A stretch of DNA of 58,355 nucleotides, counting the filler, from Sphacelaria rigidula (taxonomy: Eukaryota): NCBI GenBank assembly GCA_964200075.2. It is 4 parts of 4 records of this genome, joined end to end, with 100 filler letters (N's around TTAATTAATTAA, not from the genome) between each part and the next. Parts side by side here need not be neighbours in the genome. Positions count along the whole stretch, not along the records: positions 14,618 to 29,130 come from CAXNAA020002213.1; positions 29,231 to 43,743 come from CAXNAA020002214.1; 2 more parts are not named here. The stretch is one strand, 5' to 3'. Made by a program: the position numbers and the translations under genes. Numbering within the stretch: position 1 is the stretch's first letter; each line of letters starts with the position of its first letter. The notes under the pieces were generated by a model. That model had not been told where the DNA came from. It saw only the letters and a list, made by a program, of their open reading frames with translations, and made no database searches. Of the stretch, positions 24,144 through 37,722 are shown piece after piece.

Positions 24144-24812
24144 AAGAAACGGGGGGGGTATTTGATATCTACATATACCCCTTCAACAAACATGACTAAG
24201 TCATGAAAGTTAAAAGTTGATATATTTGTAATCAAGTTCATGTACCCCACATGTTTCCATCTATCGCTATGAATGTGATATATCTGGGGTATATGATATA
24301 TCATGTCATGTATGGTATATATTTCACTATACATACCACCTGACATCTGACCTATATGGCAGTAAATCACCTGATATCTGACCTGTATGGAACATAATGT
24401 GATTCATCGTGTATGTAATGCCATGCATCACTGTGCCACACTACTGGCAGTTGTGTTGGTGACTCCCGCAAATGCACCTGCTCTGAGGTTTTCGGCAGGT
24501 TAGAAAAGGCCAGGTTTCCGGTCAGGGGCTGCAACGGATCTTCCATGTATGTTTCTTGTTTTTGTTTTTTTTTGTTACCGTTGGTCTTGACCGATGACAA
24601 TACGTGTGAGATTTTTTTTCTGAGACATGACGGCGGTAAGTACGCCGATTGACACTCCTGGTGTGGGCCTATACAACTACCTTTGGACAACTTCTCTTGT
24701 CCCCACTGACGAACCGAGTACCCTTTGGTAAGCCTTGTTTGTGGGTGTAGGCTTACTAGTTTGTATTGTTCCCTGTGTTTATTTCCACACAACGCCGAGC
24801 CGACCGGTCACA
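24144..24812 (+). mobile_element. Polypurine tract and putative 3' LTR (24161-24812) of Gypsy remnant C
   Basis: AAGAAACGGGGGGGGTA is followed by TTTGA (a TGTGA variant), and the segment ends GGTCACA. No partner LTR is in the contig. Confidence 0.55.
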
Positions 24813-26274
24813 CTGTAGTGTGCTATGTACACACTCTCTGTAACATATATCGGTTGATGAAACATATTTCGGTCCGAGTCTCTGCTCTAATAAGAAACGG
24901 GACACGGCTTACTTCCGAAGAACGAGGGACCTCATGCAGGGGAGCACGCTTCTCTTTGATAGTCGGTCGCGTATATATATATATATACATATACGCACAC
25001 ACGCATGGACACACACAGACACAAATATCATCAAGCATCTTCAACTATACGGTGAAGTATACATTGTACAATATTGAGATGAACTGCTCGTATTGGCGGC
25101 ATGAACATGCATGCGTGACCGATGCTGCCCTACCCCCCACGGCACTGCTGCGTTGTCGAGAGGAAGGATGACCAAGTACGGACTACGCACCACGCACAGG
25201 AGAATATTCTGTGAATCGTGATTTAGAGGCACACCGGCGATTTAGACGATGAACCGAGAGGAAAACACCAGCATTACATTTTAACCACGTGACTCCTGTA
25301 CCTGATAATAGTATGTGTCACACTGCATCAATGTTACTGGTTACTGTACTGTAGGCACCGTCCTGTGCTGTACTGTATGGCAATGCCCTGATTTCATCGC
25401 ACTCATGCACTGCCACGTACAGCAATGCCCGTGATGTGATATGAAGCTGTACAACCACCTCAGCACTTCGTATATAATGGACCACGGGGCGTACTACACC
25501 GTACCGCAGCGCGGCGACTCCACACACCGTGTGCGATCCAACCGCCGTCACCGTTAATAATACAGTAGACCACACTATCTATGCCAAAGCCTGGTACTTA
25601 TAATGACCCTATTGAATTGAAGCCGATGAACTTCATCACAGGCCGCTGGCAGAAAGGACTATACTGGCGCGAAGGAAATATACAAAACATAAATGACCGG
25701 CCGATGAAATTATGGTCGAAAGTTAACTCGCGATGCCGCACGAGCACGCAGAGAACGTTTCACGGTAATGATTGGTTGGTTGACTAATCATTGATAAATT
25801 GACGGTCGCGCATCGACTCATTCGCTACCAATCCAGCCGTTGGTCATACGATGAGCGTGGCCCAAGGCAAACAAAACCGGAGTAATCGCCGAATAAAACT
25901 CAAGAAAGGGGAGGAAGGGGGGGATGGGGGCATACTCATTTATTGCTTGCCTTAGTCGTTTGGCCATTTACCACGCATGCCTTTCGAGACGGAGCACCGT
26001 TCCTACTGCTGATGGAAACACCTCCAGCGTTTCGGTGCTCATTACGTTCCTTTCATACATTACACAAAAACCTTCTACATATCTCATCCCCGTCCTGTTT
26101 CGCCTTCTATGGCCACCATCTATCTCCTGGTGTAGCCATCGTTTTCTCCCTACTGTCTAATGCATCAAATGGCCATAATAAGATAAGCGTGACTCAAGGC
26201 AACCAAAACGGAAACGATCGCCGAATGAAACTCGAGAAAATGGGGAGGAAAATGAAGATGATGATGGTGATCAA

Positions 26275-26393
26275 AATAATAATAAGAAAACATTAATAAT
26301 AATGTTGATGTTAATAATGTTAATAATGTTAATAATGTTAATAATGTTAATAATGTTAATAATGTTAATAATGTTAATAATAATAATAATAAT

Positions 26394-26463
<70 letters not shown>
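26275..26463. repeat. (TAA)n / (TGTTAATAA)n microsatellite
   Basis: Directly visible. Confidence 0.97.
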
Positions 26464-26465
<2 letters not shown>

Positions 26466-29130
26466 CGAATAAACTGAGTGAACCAGTATACTATATTCGT
26501 GGTATATTTAATAATCAGTATTATTACGAAGGTTGAAGCTTGTGATTATAACTCTCATTATCTTATCAGATGACGCTAGATGACCACTGGCTGCTTATTT
26601 TTAATATTTCGGGGAGGGGTGTCAGTGATAATCGTGTGATCGCTCTCTTTGCGGCAGCGTTGAGTTTTACTACATGACAAGTGTTGTGTACGGGTCTGCT
26701 TCGCTAGCGCTAGAGCCGACGGCCAAAAGCACCAGAAAAAATGTACTTTAACGGACGGTCAGCACGGTTGGTGCTCTTGTCTTACCCGAATCATATCTGC
26801 GAGGAGCCTAATGGTTGCGGCCTGAGGGCTCCTGGACTCCAACCGCGCTGCTTTCACGTAGGAACTAATGGCGCGGCTTCCTTCCCACTGCGGGGAAACA
26901 CAAAAAACGCGCACGCACAACACAAACACACACACGCGCGCGCGTGCGCGCGTAGGAGTCGAACAATCACTGATGAGTTGATGAACAATGATGGCGCACG
27001 CAATAGAATTTTCTGAAAGAATACCGTACAACTTGTCAAATTATCCAGAAACAATGCTTCTTATACTACGAAGAAAGCTGCATTATTGAAAAAAATAATC
27101 TGAGCCGACAACGAGCATCTTTTGAAGCAATCGATAAAAAACAACTTGAGTGATACTATTTTATTTAACCGATGCGAACAAATGCTTGCTCTGGGCATTA
27201 CGGGTACTGTAGCTCGTGGCCAAAGTTCGATCGACAACACGAGAGTCAATCTGGGCTTCAAAAGACACTCCCGATACCCTTCCCCCGTGTACATGCGTAC
27301 GTGCGGATGCTCCACAAGAGCGGATATGCTTGTACCCTGTATCCTAGACTAGAATGGGACAAAACAAAATGAATTAAGTTATGAATTCATGCAGCACGAG
27401 AGGGGGCGGGTTACAGCTCTCGGCTGCATTCCGGAACAGTCTCGGTACGAGCAAATGTGGGGAAGATCCATGTGCGTGCGGATAGTAGTTTAAACGACTG
27501 CAAAAAACACCCTCTCTGGCAACCTATTCAGAAGGAACGATCTCCTAGGGCAAGCATGAATCCCTCCAGGATACTTATTCATGTACGCACGTACCACGAG
27601 GGGAGGCATTTCAAACGTAGCGAACACTCCAGGTTCAACGGACATGTGCGCCTCCGGCAGTAGAGAGGACGAAGAAAAATCGAAGCGGTAGGCCAGTGTC
27701 GAGCCGCGGAAGTGGTGGATCAGTTCGTGCCGCACCTTTTACGCACATGAAGTACATCCAATGATGGCATGTGACGTGGCGGTGAAGGGGGAAGAGGGAC
27801 AGGGGTAAAACCAATGCCGTTTGTTCGCCATTCTCTGGAAACGGCGCATCGGGGGGTCAATGCATGTTTTTCCCGGTGTAGATCACTCAAGATATAGAGT
27901 GCTTTAAAACCTCAACCGCTCCGGGATTACGGACAAAAGGTTCTTATCGACAGTTTCGTAGAACACAAGAGGGACTAGATTATCAGGTAGTTAGTGTATC
28001 CGGCAGTTCTGTTCCGGCGGTTCTAATATTTCTATTTATCAAGTATAGGCTGCGCAACACTTGTGAGACAAGGACGGGAAACAGAATTATACATGAATAT
28101 GTTGGGCGATGGGGAGGGGAGGAGAGGGTTTGTTATCAACATGAGTCGAAGTAACGTTTTGAAGTTTTTACCCCCGATCCCTCCCCGCTGCTCATCATCG
28201 GACGACTGACTCTAACGTAGCCAAAGCCAAAAAAAGCCCCCTCCCATATCGCTATCTCGACGACTTTTTTGGAGTACAACGTTGTAGTAATCATTGACGG
28301 TGTTTGGGGGCGGAATTCTTTTATCTCTTAATGCGCTATAATAATGCACAGCACAAGCGTTTAGTGCCCGGAGCCCGAGCTGAGCTGAAACACGCTTTTA
28401 GAGAACGCAGAAGACACTAGTGGCCGGCATTGGTGATGACGGAACGAAGGTTTGGTAACGGGAATACCGTGAGATTGCCAGGGCAATGGTGGTGGGTTGT
28501 CTGTCTCGAGAAAAGACGCCGACGTCCACCGAGCACCAGGTGTATGTGTTTGTGTACATGTGACGCCCTCGACTGCAAGACAACACGAAGCACTACACCG
28601 CTCAGGAACATTGATAACCGTCACTACCGATGTGACGGAAAAGGGTGGGGAGATATACTCCTCGTCATACCCACTTTATCGGTATACCAGAACATTGAAA
28701 AAAAGTTTGATTTACACGTCACACAGTCGCATCGGCTGTACAAGTAGCTCTACAGTTTGGTCATCTTTGAGTACAAGCGATGCCCGCCAAGTCCAGAACC
28801 ACCAAGAGCCCGCTCGAATCCTTCTGTGTCGCCGCGAAAATCGCTCTCATTCGATTGTTCTACGGTTTGCCAGTGCATCATGTGCCCTTGCTCTGACGCT
28901 TCTGTGGGTACCATTTTCTCTAGCAGTAAAGATCTATCACTTTGTATATGACTACTCTGGAATTGAGACGCATCTTCCCCCCCCCCCCACCCACCAACAC
29001 TGGTGAGGCACCCATGAGGCTGTGTATAAGCTGTGGCTGTCTCGGGAAGTGGCTATACCAAAAAATAAAGCAACTCATTGTAGGCTGTCATCCAAATGCA
29101 AGATAATCAGTAGACTTCGAGCCGAACAAT

Positions 29131-29230
29131 NNNNNNNNNNNNNNNNNNNNNNNNNNNNNNNNNNNNNNNNNNNNTTAATTAATTAANNNNNNNNNNNNNN
29201 NNNNNNNNNNNNNNNNNNNNNNNNNNNNNN
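29131..29230. other. Artificial contig linker (N44-TTAATTAATTAA-N44)
   Basis: Identical to the linker at 14518. Confidence 0.99.
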
Positions 29231-30759
29231 GGCCGACAAAAACGTCATTGAGCACCATCGCTGAAAATGTGAGGAAAGCACTGTTTTATGCTTGAACCTC
29301 ATCTCAAAGGTAAACCTCAATTCGCACAATTTGTTGTCAACTACTGTTTTCCTTTTATTCTTATTTTTCAACTCATCGAAATATACTTTGATAGTAATAT
29401 CCCACAGTTTGGTGTTCATCGAGTTTGATTCAGGTACTCTATCACGCACGTTGAATGGTTCCCCTTGATCACTCATGTCTTCACAAAAAATCGATAATGA
29501 CTACGAAAATGGGACGTTTTTGACCTTCTCCTTTGATACAAATGTGTGTGAAACTGGTGCGATCCGTTTCCACCACAGAAGCATTACAATGCGGGGATGA
29601 AAATGGCCTATCCCTCAGTTTTCGGAACATATTTGGCCATCAAGTCTGTGTTTGGCAACGCCGTACTCGACGAAAGCGTTTTTTTCTCTTTCTCCTTTGT
29701 TAGGCCATTGAAATACGGTTTGACAGTAATCTCCCAAAATTCGATGTTCATGGGTTACGATTAAGGCACTATGACGCACGTTGAGTGATGCCCCCTTATC
29801 GCCATGAATCGACAATGACCACGAACATGGAACAACACCTGAATCTAGGACGTTCCAAATATTTCCTTTTGCACAAAGCTCTACGCATCGCAATGCATCA
29901 CAATACATTACTCTCCGGCACCAAAGAGGGAAAAGAGGCAATTCGGGGTTGAAGTTGGCGTGTGCCCGGATTTCGGAACAAATTTGAGCATTCTTCTCCG
30001 CGTTTGGCAACGGCGAACCCTACGAACACGGTCGCAGAGCTCCATCCTTTCTGTTTGTTTAGAGCTACCCAACCAAGTGGAATTCGTTTCGATACATTTC
30101 TCGCAAAATTTGGTGTTCGACGGATGTGACCGAGTTACAATGAAACACGTTCGCTGCCCCGCCCCCCCTCCCCTCCCCCCCCAAACCAAATACTCGCCAA
30201 GATCGACAATGACTACGAGAACGGCAGACGCGGCTCGCAGACAGCAGCGAGCACGAAAAGGAGCAAGCCGAGCAGCGAAAACGTCGCCGAATCTTTCTCA
30301 TCGATGACTTTCTACGCCCTGATCCCTTGCGGAGTAACACCTACGGCGAAGATACCCACGAATGGCGGGTTTTGGCGCGCGGGGGGGTCGGGGTACGGTA
30401 CAGAGTAGTACGTCGAGTATCGGGTGGTACGCACAGTATTGGCACCACCTCTAACCGCGGTACTTGCAACAGCTCGACAGACAGTATAGGCAGTACCTCT
30501 CTAAAGAGTAAGTGCAATCAACAGAACACGCTGAGACGGCAATGAGCAGGCAAACGCCAAGTGCCTTGTCAGTGAAGAATGAGGCGAAAATAATACCATT
30601 TCTAACGCAGGATAAATGAGAACAGACAAACACCACTCCACCTGAAAAGCCTCTGGCTCTAGCTCTAGACCAATGCGTTCTATCACATAAACGGAACGGC
30701 TCTTCGCAGACTGTAAAGCATCTGTTTCCTCAGTGTTCATCTGTGGTCGGTTTCTAGTT

Positions 30760-31461
30760 TCTCCTTGTCCACGTAGTCCTTACAGGCCGCATCAGACTGC
30801 GGCATGCGATCCTCTCTGTCGGACTTGTCGATGCGGTTGCTGCGCTCACCTGGCCGCGGGTGCCTCCGAAGGAAAAAGTCGAGCCATTTTTGACTTGAGC
30901 CTTCTGTTGGGTCCTATGGCACCGGTCGGTTGTCGCTCAAGAGTTCCATAACCGCCTGTTTCAGACTATCTGTATTCAGGCCCGTTGACGAGCTGCGGGA
31001 AATTTCAACATGCCTTCGATGGAATTTTCTTCTTACCTCGACAGTACAGTACCCGGACCAACCCTGCCAGTTATGCCCACGCTACCACTGACATATTTCT
31101 GCAGCAAACCGATGAAGATATCAAAGGTCTTTGCTGCAGCATTGAAGGTCATGCAACCGCTGCGTACCGCTTTTACGGCCTCTGCTGCACGTTCTGGGTC
31201 CACCCTTACTCTCTGCATGCTTAGCAGTCGATCGACCAAAAAGCTGATTTTGAAGAAATACACTCACGTCCTTATTCGTAGTGCTGCGGAATGGTGTTTT
31301 CTTATGCAAAAGGCACGCGCAGTAGCTTTAAAAAAGCACCGTCTTCTTGTGCACACGCAGCAAAAAACATCATGGGAAACGATCGAAAGTTCTCAAAGTT
31401 ATCGATGATTTAACAAGAAGGTTCCTTAATTGGTACTGTTCCGTAATAGGGACGTTTACTC
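30760..31461 (-). mobile_element. pogo/Fot1-like (Tc1-mariner superfamily) transposon 5' remnant: TIR, psq-type HTH and CENP-B-type HTH
   Basis: MQRVRVDPERAAEAVKAVRSGCMTFNAAAKTFDIFIGLLQKYVSGSVGITGRVGPGTVLS is followed, after a frameshift, by SQKWLDFFLRRHP. The minus-strand end reads TA|GAGTAAACGTCCCTATTACGGAACAG with TA at 31462-31463. The DDE domain was not seen. Confidence 0.75.
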
Positions 31462-32030
31462 TATGTCTTGTATGGACGAGTGCGTCATCCGGGCGTTATG
31501 CCCAAGTTGAGGGCCACGTGGACTGGTCCGTGGAGAGTGATGGGTGCTCACCTCCCGCACGCGTTTGAGATCCAGAACATTGTATCGGGTCGTGTTCAGA
31601 CCGCCCATGTAGCTCGTTTTCGTTTTTTGTAGACTCGCAGCTTAATGTTACGGCTGACGTTAAGGACATGTTTCAGCACGCTTTCAATCAGGGCCAATTT
31701 CAAATGGCCGGTATTGTACGAGTGACAGAAGCAGGCGATCGTTCGTTCATCGTGTTGGCCGACTGGATTGGTTTCGAAGTTGAGGAGCGTACATGGGAAA
31801 CAATGTTTTCGTGGGATTGAGAGGTGAGGATACGATTGAGAGTGAAAAGCGGTCAATGAGTGAATGAATCGTTTCAGTTCCGAAATGACCCTCCACGAGG
31901 CCCGACATGCTTCCCGAAAACGTTGTTGGGAGCCTCTCAAGGATATTTTTGAGGCCGCTCCGGAATTTCTCACGAAGGAGTTGCGGGAATTATGCTTGGC
32001 TCGTGTGGGTTTTGCTCGCATTACGCGTGA
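31462..32030 (+). pseudogene. Ty3/Gypsy remnant D: integrase C-terminal GPY/F module and chromodomain
   Basis: PKLRATWTGPWRV...FEIQNIVSGRVQTAHVARFR, a frameshift, then DSQLNVT...FIVLADWIGFEVEERTWE|PLKDIFEAAPEFL. The chromodomain TWEP motif is split by a MITE. Confidence 0.88.
31799..31927. mobile_element. MITE (129 bp, internally deleted) with AACAAYGTTTTCG TIRs and 4-bp TSD
   Basis: GGGA|AACAATGTTTTCG...CGAAAACGTTGTT|GGGA. Removing it restores ACA TGG GAG CCT (TWEP). Homologous to 38852-39151. Confidence 0.88.
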
Positions 32031-33032
32031 GTTTGGTATTTAGTTGTGACTTGCTCATAGTTTTGGTGTTTTTTAAGTGTCAAGCTTGTTGCTCGATCTT
32101 CGTCCAACGCGCTTTGGGGGTGCTGTGTGACGAAACTACGCTACGTTGAGTTGGTAGTAATGATCTGGATAGTGACCGGGTACACGGGAATGATACCCTG
32201 GTGTGCCTAGGAGGCTACGCCTGGAACGGCACTCCTGATGAGAAATGTTGTAAAGGCTGAAAACTGAAACTGAGGCCAGTACGACAGGGGAGCCCTCGAC
32301 AGCAGTGATCGACCAGTTCTTCTTCTGGCTGGCGTCACACGGCGCGGAGTAAACAACGTGCTCCAGCGACTGTCTGCGTGCTAAGTGAACGGATGAGGTG
32401 ACTGTGAGATCATTTCCAGGTCGTTTAGTCGAGCATAACCTTGCAGTGTATCGTGTGGTGGCTATGATTTCCAAACTTCGGACTGTGTGGTGTGTGAGAG
32501 TTATCTATTCTGGACGCCAGTCTAGTATATGTGGGCGCATGAGCCGGGTTGCAGTCCGCTGTTTCGCTGTGATGACTCTGATGCTCTGGTGCTGCTCCGA
32601 TGACTGTACATGAAACATGTCATTTTGATATCCTGTTTTTGAAGCCAATCCGGGGGCAAGCATCCGGCAGTGAGATTACGAAGCGGTCGACAGCAGCGCA
32701 CTATGCTTTTTCGTCACAATGTTGTGGATATAGCATTTGGGTACCAGCTCGTGAAAACGGCTGTATGGGTGCAGTACGTCGTATCGCTCGGCAGATGACG
32801 GGGGTTTAGGTTCCGTGGGCAGACACGGAACTTGACCGTTTGACACTGATCATCTGTCTGCGTGCTTTCGCGGGACGAAATAATCGAGTACAGTCCTCTC
32901 CTCTTCAGGCCAAGTGTTTAGTGTAAACTACTGCTGCGAAAAGGATCGTTCCGATTCGGATGAAGTATGGGCCCAAAGCGGACACGACGCACGTGATTCA
33001 TGTATGGAGCGGCGAGACATGAAGGCTAATAA

Positions 33033-36000
33033 TGTCATGGTGATGTGTAGCTGATGCACCGGCTGAGGTCTCTCAGTACGAGAGCCAGGAGATGCCATTG
33101 GTTCCAGCCAACCAAGCTCTCACGTGGGCACACCGTGCGACCTATAGCTATCCATCATGAACAATCACAGAGTAGGTTCATTCATGTGTAGACTGCCGGT
33201 TAGCAGTTCACGTGTTTCATAGCATCATGTCATATCTACAAGCAGCTCTCTTACTCAGCACAACCGCGGCGCAGCCATAGGAGCAGCGCGTAGTGATGGC
33301 CCCGAGTAGACCACGCAAGCCAGTATCTGATCGAGGTGGGTCCTGGCCGCGGCTGGGCAGTCCTAACTAATGACAGTAGCAAACGCAGTAAAAACGCGTC
33401 ACGGAATCCAGGGTCGACGAGCAGACCCGCACATCGTGATATGTTACTGCCACCAGGCTTCATCACACTAGCCCATCCTAGACGAGTCCTTATGCAGTTG
33501 AATCATCAACTCGGCAAAATATAATTGCGCCGAAGAACTCGAAAAGTCAACGAGAAAGGGCTCTTCTACACCACACCCGTACAAAAGCATGAAGCGAAGA
33601 AAACATAATCAGATACTCTCCCAAACCTCTCATAGGCGAGCATCGCTGCAATCCGACACATTAAACTCTTAATCCACGCGACGGAACACGTTGTATCTAT
33701 GTGATACTCATTATCTATGTTGCAAGACAACAGACACACAAGTCCATCTACAAAGTAAAGCACTAAATGGTACGCACGCGTAGACTTCAATCACCAACGG
33801 GACAAGGAGAGAATGCCAAATAATCCGGGAAGAGGGGAGGGAAAACGCAGTGGCGGCATAGCATCGCGGCAACTGCTCTGGTCGCACGCATATCCAAGTG
33901 AGCTCCACGTCTTTGTCCGACTCCGTCCCGACACACCCGTCGCATATTGCGAGAGTGGCACCCCGCTCGTTTCCGTGGCAGGGCGTTTGAAGTATCAAAC
34001 CTGCCTTGAAAAAGGCGTGCAACGCGGAGTACAATGCGATGGGGAGGGACTACGCAGCAACAGGGAGATGAAAGCGGGGATGCAGCCGAAGTTCAGGTTT
34101 GGTGTGCCCAGAGTGCAAAATTCATAATCCTGCGGGAGTGGGCACGAGCCCATCCAAGACGACACTCAGGGTAAAAAGCCAAGGGTCGTTAGTGAGAACT
34201 TGTCGTTCAGCGCGGCGGATCAAATATCGCGTGTTTTGAGCAAACGTTTGGTGTCAATTAAAAAACCAATTCGCCAGGACGCAATACCCAACTCAAAGCA
34301 ACCGTCGGGCGGAAATACGGCCTACAACAAGGGCGGCATAATTGATCATTCCCGGGGGAACACTGGGCCACGAGCAACGGAACGACACAGGAGAACACAC
34401 CCGTGTCGCCACCTGACCAGGCTGCGCCACGGGATAGGGGTAGCACAAACAAACGAACACATCCAGATAAATTGTCGAGATGCAGTAACTCACCTTGACC
34501 TGAGAACATTCGTCGGGCATGAATATGGCCTACAACCAGGGCGGTATAATTTGCAGTACACGGAGAAACCAAGGACCCGTGCAACAAGACGATTTAAGGG
34601 AGTACTTCCGTGCGGCAAGCTCTCTTGGCTGGCGGCAGCGGGTTGAGCAGTGACAACAACAAACACATTCAGAGAACGAGTCATCAAAATTCCCAACAAG
34701 CAGGAGGCTGGACTAAACCTACAGTCCTCTCATCGCGTAAAAAAACCTCGAAGACACAGAAAAATAAAGGAGACTAGATGCTCAGGGGACACGGACAGAG
34801 ATACGACAGTGACAAGAAATATGACTACGGGTACTAGAAACGCAGTCACCAATAAGGTGAATTCAGCACAAAGAAACACGGTACCAAAACCTGTGCGGGG
34901 CTACATTGCAGCAAAGGGGACGGGAGGGGGGGGCTACGATCTGATATCTGACCAGATCGGATTGGGGAATCCAACTCCACCAAGGTAAGGGGGGCTACGA
35001 TCTGATATCTGACCAGATCGGATTGAAGGCTTCTGAAATCCGCCAAGGTGAGCTCATCGCTCGCCGCATCGCCGAGGGATGCGGACGGTGTGTCGTAGCA
35101 ACTCAAGTATAGGCCTACGATACTACCGGTGCTGAGGGGCTACGATCTGATATCTGATCCCTTGGGGGGGTGTGGAGGGCTGGGAAGCAGCCAGGGGAGC
35201 GGCATATGGAACGGGCACGTGGGCTGTGTCCGAAGGCGTCTCTGTTACGGATCGCGGCGTGGCGTGGTGGACAAGGGTAGTACGATGATGGGCCGTCGGT
35301 TTCAAAACGACAGTACGCACGGAGGGCTGATTGTGGCTTGTACCGCAATCAGGGGTGAAGATGATGTAATCCGTCAAGAGACGGAATACATAAACATGCC
35401 TCTTTACATCTAGTTGGATTCGGTGCTTTCCAAGGATCGATTCAATAGGCTGTAACCCTGGCATTTCACTTCTTTTGAAGTGCAGAACTTTTGGGAAATG
35501 CCAAATCAACACCACCAAGAGAAAGAGAGAAATCGAATCGGCCTGAAGCTGTGATCGAGAATATCCTGACGTTCGTCGTGTATCGTTCTGCGTTGGACTT
35601 TCCCACGTGCTGTGAGACCACGATTGTTTCAAGAATAACGATTAGACTGTAAAGATGTTTGATTCAAGTAGTGAGCAGATGCATGAAGGTCGACAAAATA
35701 GTAAAAACGGACTGTGTGCCAAATGGAACGGTGGAATGTGTATTCATTTAGTAAGAGTGGGTCGTATTTGCATCAGCTAGCGAGACATCGTAATTTGCGT
35801 GACCGAAATGCAATTGTTGCTTCGCTTTAGTACTCGGCTTGCACAGTAGAGATACGCATGTGGACAACAACTATGGCCAACACTATCCTGTTTGTAACAT
35901 CTCCCCTACAAGACATAATGTTCGAGCTCGAGTATTATTTCCATAGTACAGCAAACGATGATACTTTGCACTGATAAGGGGGGACATGATGCGCTAGAAA

Positions 36001-37722
36001 ACCCTGCACGGTTACGGGGCCATTTCTCTCTCCGTCACAAGGGGCGGGGACCATCTAATACTACGAGGGAAAGCTCAATCGGGCCGGACTGAAGTGGTGT
36101 CAAACATCGGGAGGGTGGTCACGCAAAACTTGTGGGCCTCCATCCGAGGGCAACTTTTGTCGCTGAAACCACAGTACTCCGGCTGGAGTCCTCTGTAAAC
36201 ACAGGAAAAGGCCAATCAGACCTGACTGAAGCGATGTGGGAATACATCGGGGGGGTGGTCACGCAAAACTCGTGGGCTTACATCCGACCGCAAATTTTGT
36301 CGCTAAAACCACAATCCGTTAATTATTAAGCGAGTCCTGAAAAGAGACTCGACTTGTAGTACCGTTGACGGAAAACAAAAACATACACCATGACAAGGAA
36401 ATCGGTCAGGCGGCGTTATCCTACAATGGCGGAAATCAAATACGGTAGACTCGAATCAATTGTGCCGACATCAACAACGCGACGTCCGATATTACATGCG
36501 TGTGCTGTCACAGGGGGAAGCTACAGTCTCCACGACTGACGGTTCGGCATCCCACACCTCACAACCAAGCTGCGCGGTGGGGTACCGCAACACACAAAGG
36601 GGCGCCCCGGGGGGAAGGGGGGGAGTTGCGCACCTAGTGATATCTGGGGTACTCGCCGAGGTACAGGGGGGGGGGGGGCGTTTTAATTCGGCACAAGGCA
36701 AATCAACCATATGCTACTACAGCATGAGCCGTCAAAACCAGCTATTAACGACCACCAATGTAATAGTGGTCGGCGGGCACACCGTTTGCGCATGGCACAG
36801 TGGCGCGTGCGATACCCTGTTCGAAGGCAAAGTGAACAAACTGGAGTGAGACAGAGTAATGGTTGGCTACAGACACAAGGCGGAAGCTGAACACACTTCC
36901 GGCCAGATCGACGCATAGTCGGGAAACCAACCATATGCGTCACCATGGCACTTACGCGGATGTAAACAAGGGGGAACAAGACCAAATGGCGGCTACAGCA
37001 AATCGCTCAGCAGCTACAAGCAGTGTACCAATGGGGGGGCAGATGCGTATCCTTAATACGCGAAGCGGGGGCAACGTACAGCAGTCTTTACCACCATCGT
37101 ACAATTCAACCGAACATAGAGTGAACTGACGCCCACGACAATCCAAATAGCACAGGGGCGCCTTACGAAATACAAGTGAACAAACGCAGAAAAATGAAAG
37201 GCGAGTTACTAACTACAGCTTGAGCAGAAAACACGACGCCAGTCAACACAAAGACCTGTTGACTAAGCAGAACAAGGTCCGTTCATCGACGCCAATTGTC
37301 ATAATGATGTAGCTAATGCACTGGCTGAGGTCTCTCAGTACGAGAGCCAGGAGATGCCATTGGTTCCAGCTAACCAAGCTCTCACGTGGGTACACCGTGC
37401 GACCTATAGCTATCCATCATGAACAATCACAGAGTAGGTTCGTAGCCTGCCGGTTAGCAGCTCACGTGTTTCATAACATCATATCATATCTACAAGCAGC
37501 TCTCTTACTCAGCGCAGACGCGGCGCAGCCATAGGAGCAGAGCGTAGTGATAGCCCCGAGTAGACCAAGGCAAGCCAGTATCTGATCGAGGTGGGTCCAG
37601 GCCGCGGCCGGACAGTCCTAATTAATGACAGCAGCAAACGCAGTAACAACGCGTCACGGAATCCAGGGTCGACGAGTAGACCCGCACATCGTGACATGTT
37701 ACTGCCACCAGGCTTCATCACA
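33033..37722 (-). mobile_element. Structurally complete LTR retroelement with no recognisable gag/pol (LARD-like, 4.7 kb)
   Basis: Direct repeats at 33033-33467 and 37297-37722, both TG...CA. A perfect 5-bp TSD AATAA flanks them (33028-33032, 37723-37727). On the minus strand a PBS (TGGCGTCGATGAACGGAC) follows the 5' LTR. Confidence 0.93.
37277..37294 (-). promoter_or_regulatory. Primer-binding site of the LTR element (possibly tRNA-Ser)
   Basis: It starts with TGG two nt after the LTR end. It is complementary to a tRNA 3' end ...CATCGAC-G-CCA (discriminator G). The tRNA identity is an inference. Confidence 0.7.

Noticed and set aside
26802-26844. Possible H-type pseudoknot or ribozyme (AGGAGCC/GGCTCCT plus GGTTG/CAACC)
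   Set aside because: Stems of 7 and 5 bp can occur by chance, and no HDV or hammerhead catalytic core is identifiable.
29231-30010. Minus-strand ORF fragments, including LLWWKR (hAT dimerisation-like)
   Set aside because: This is a single short motif without the surrounding conserved residues and cannot be assigned.
32236-32270. CTGATGA...GAAAC hammerhead-like core
   Set aside because: No stem II or flanking stems can be formed.
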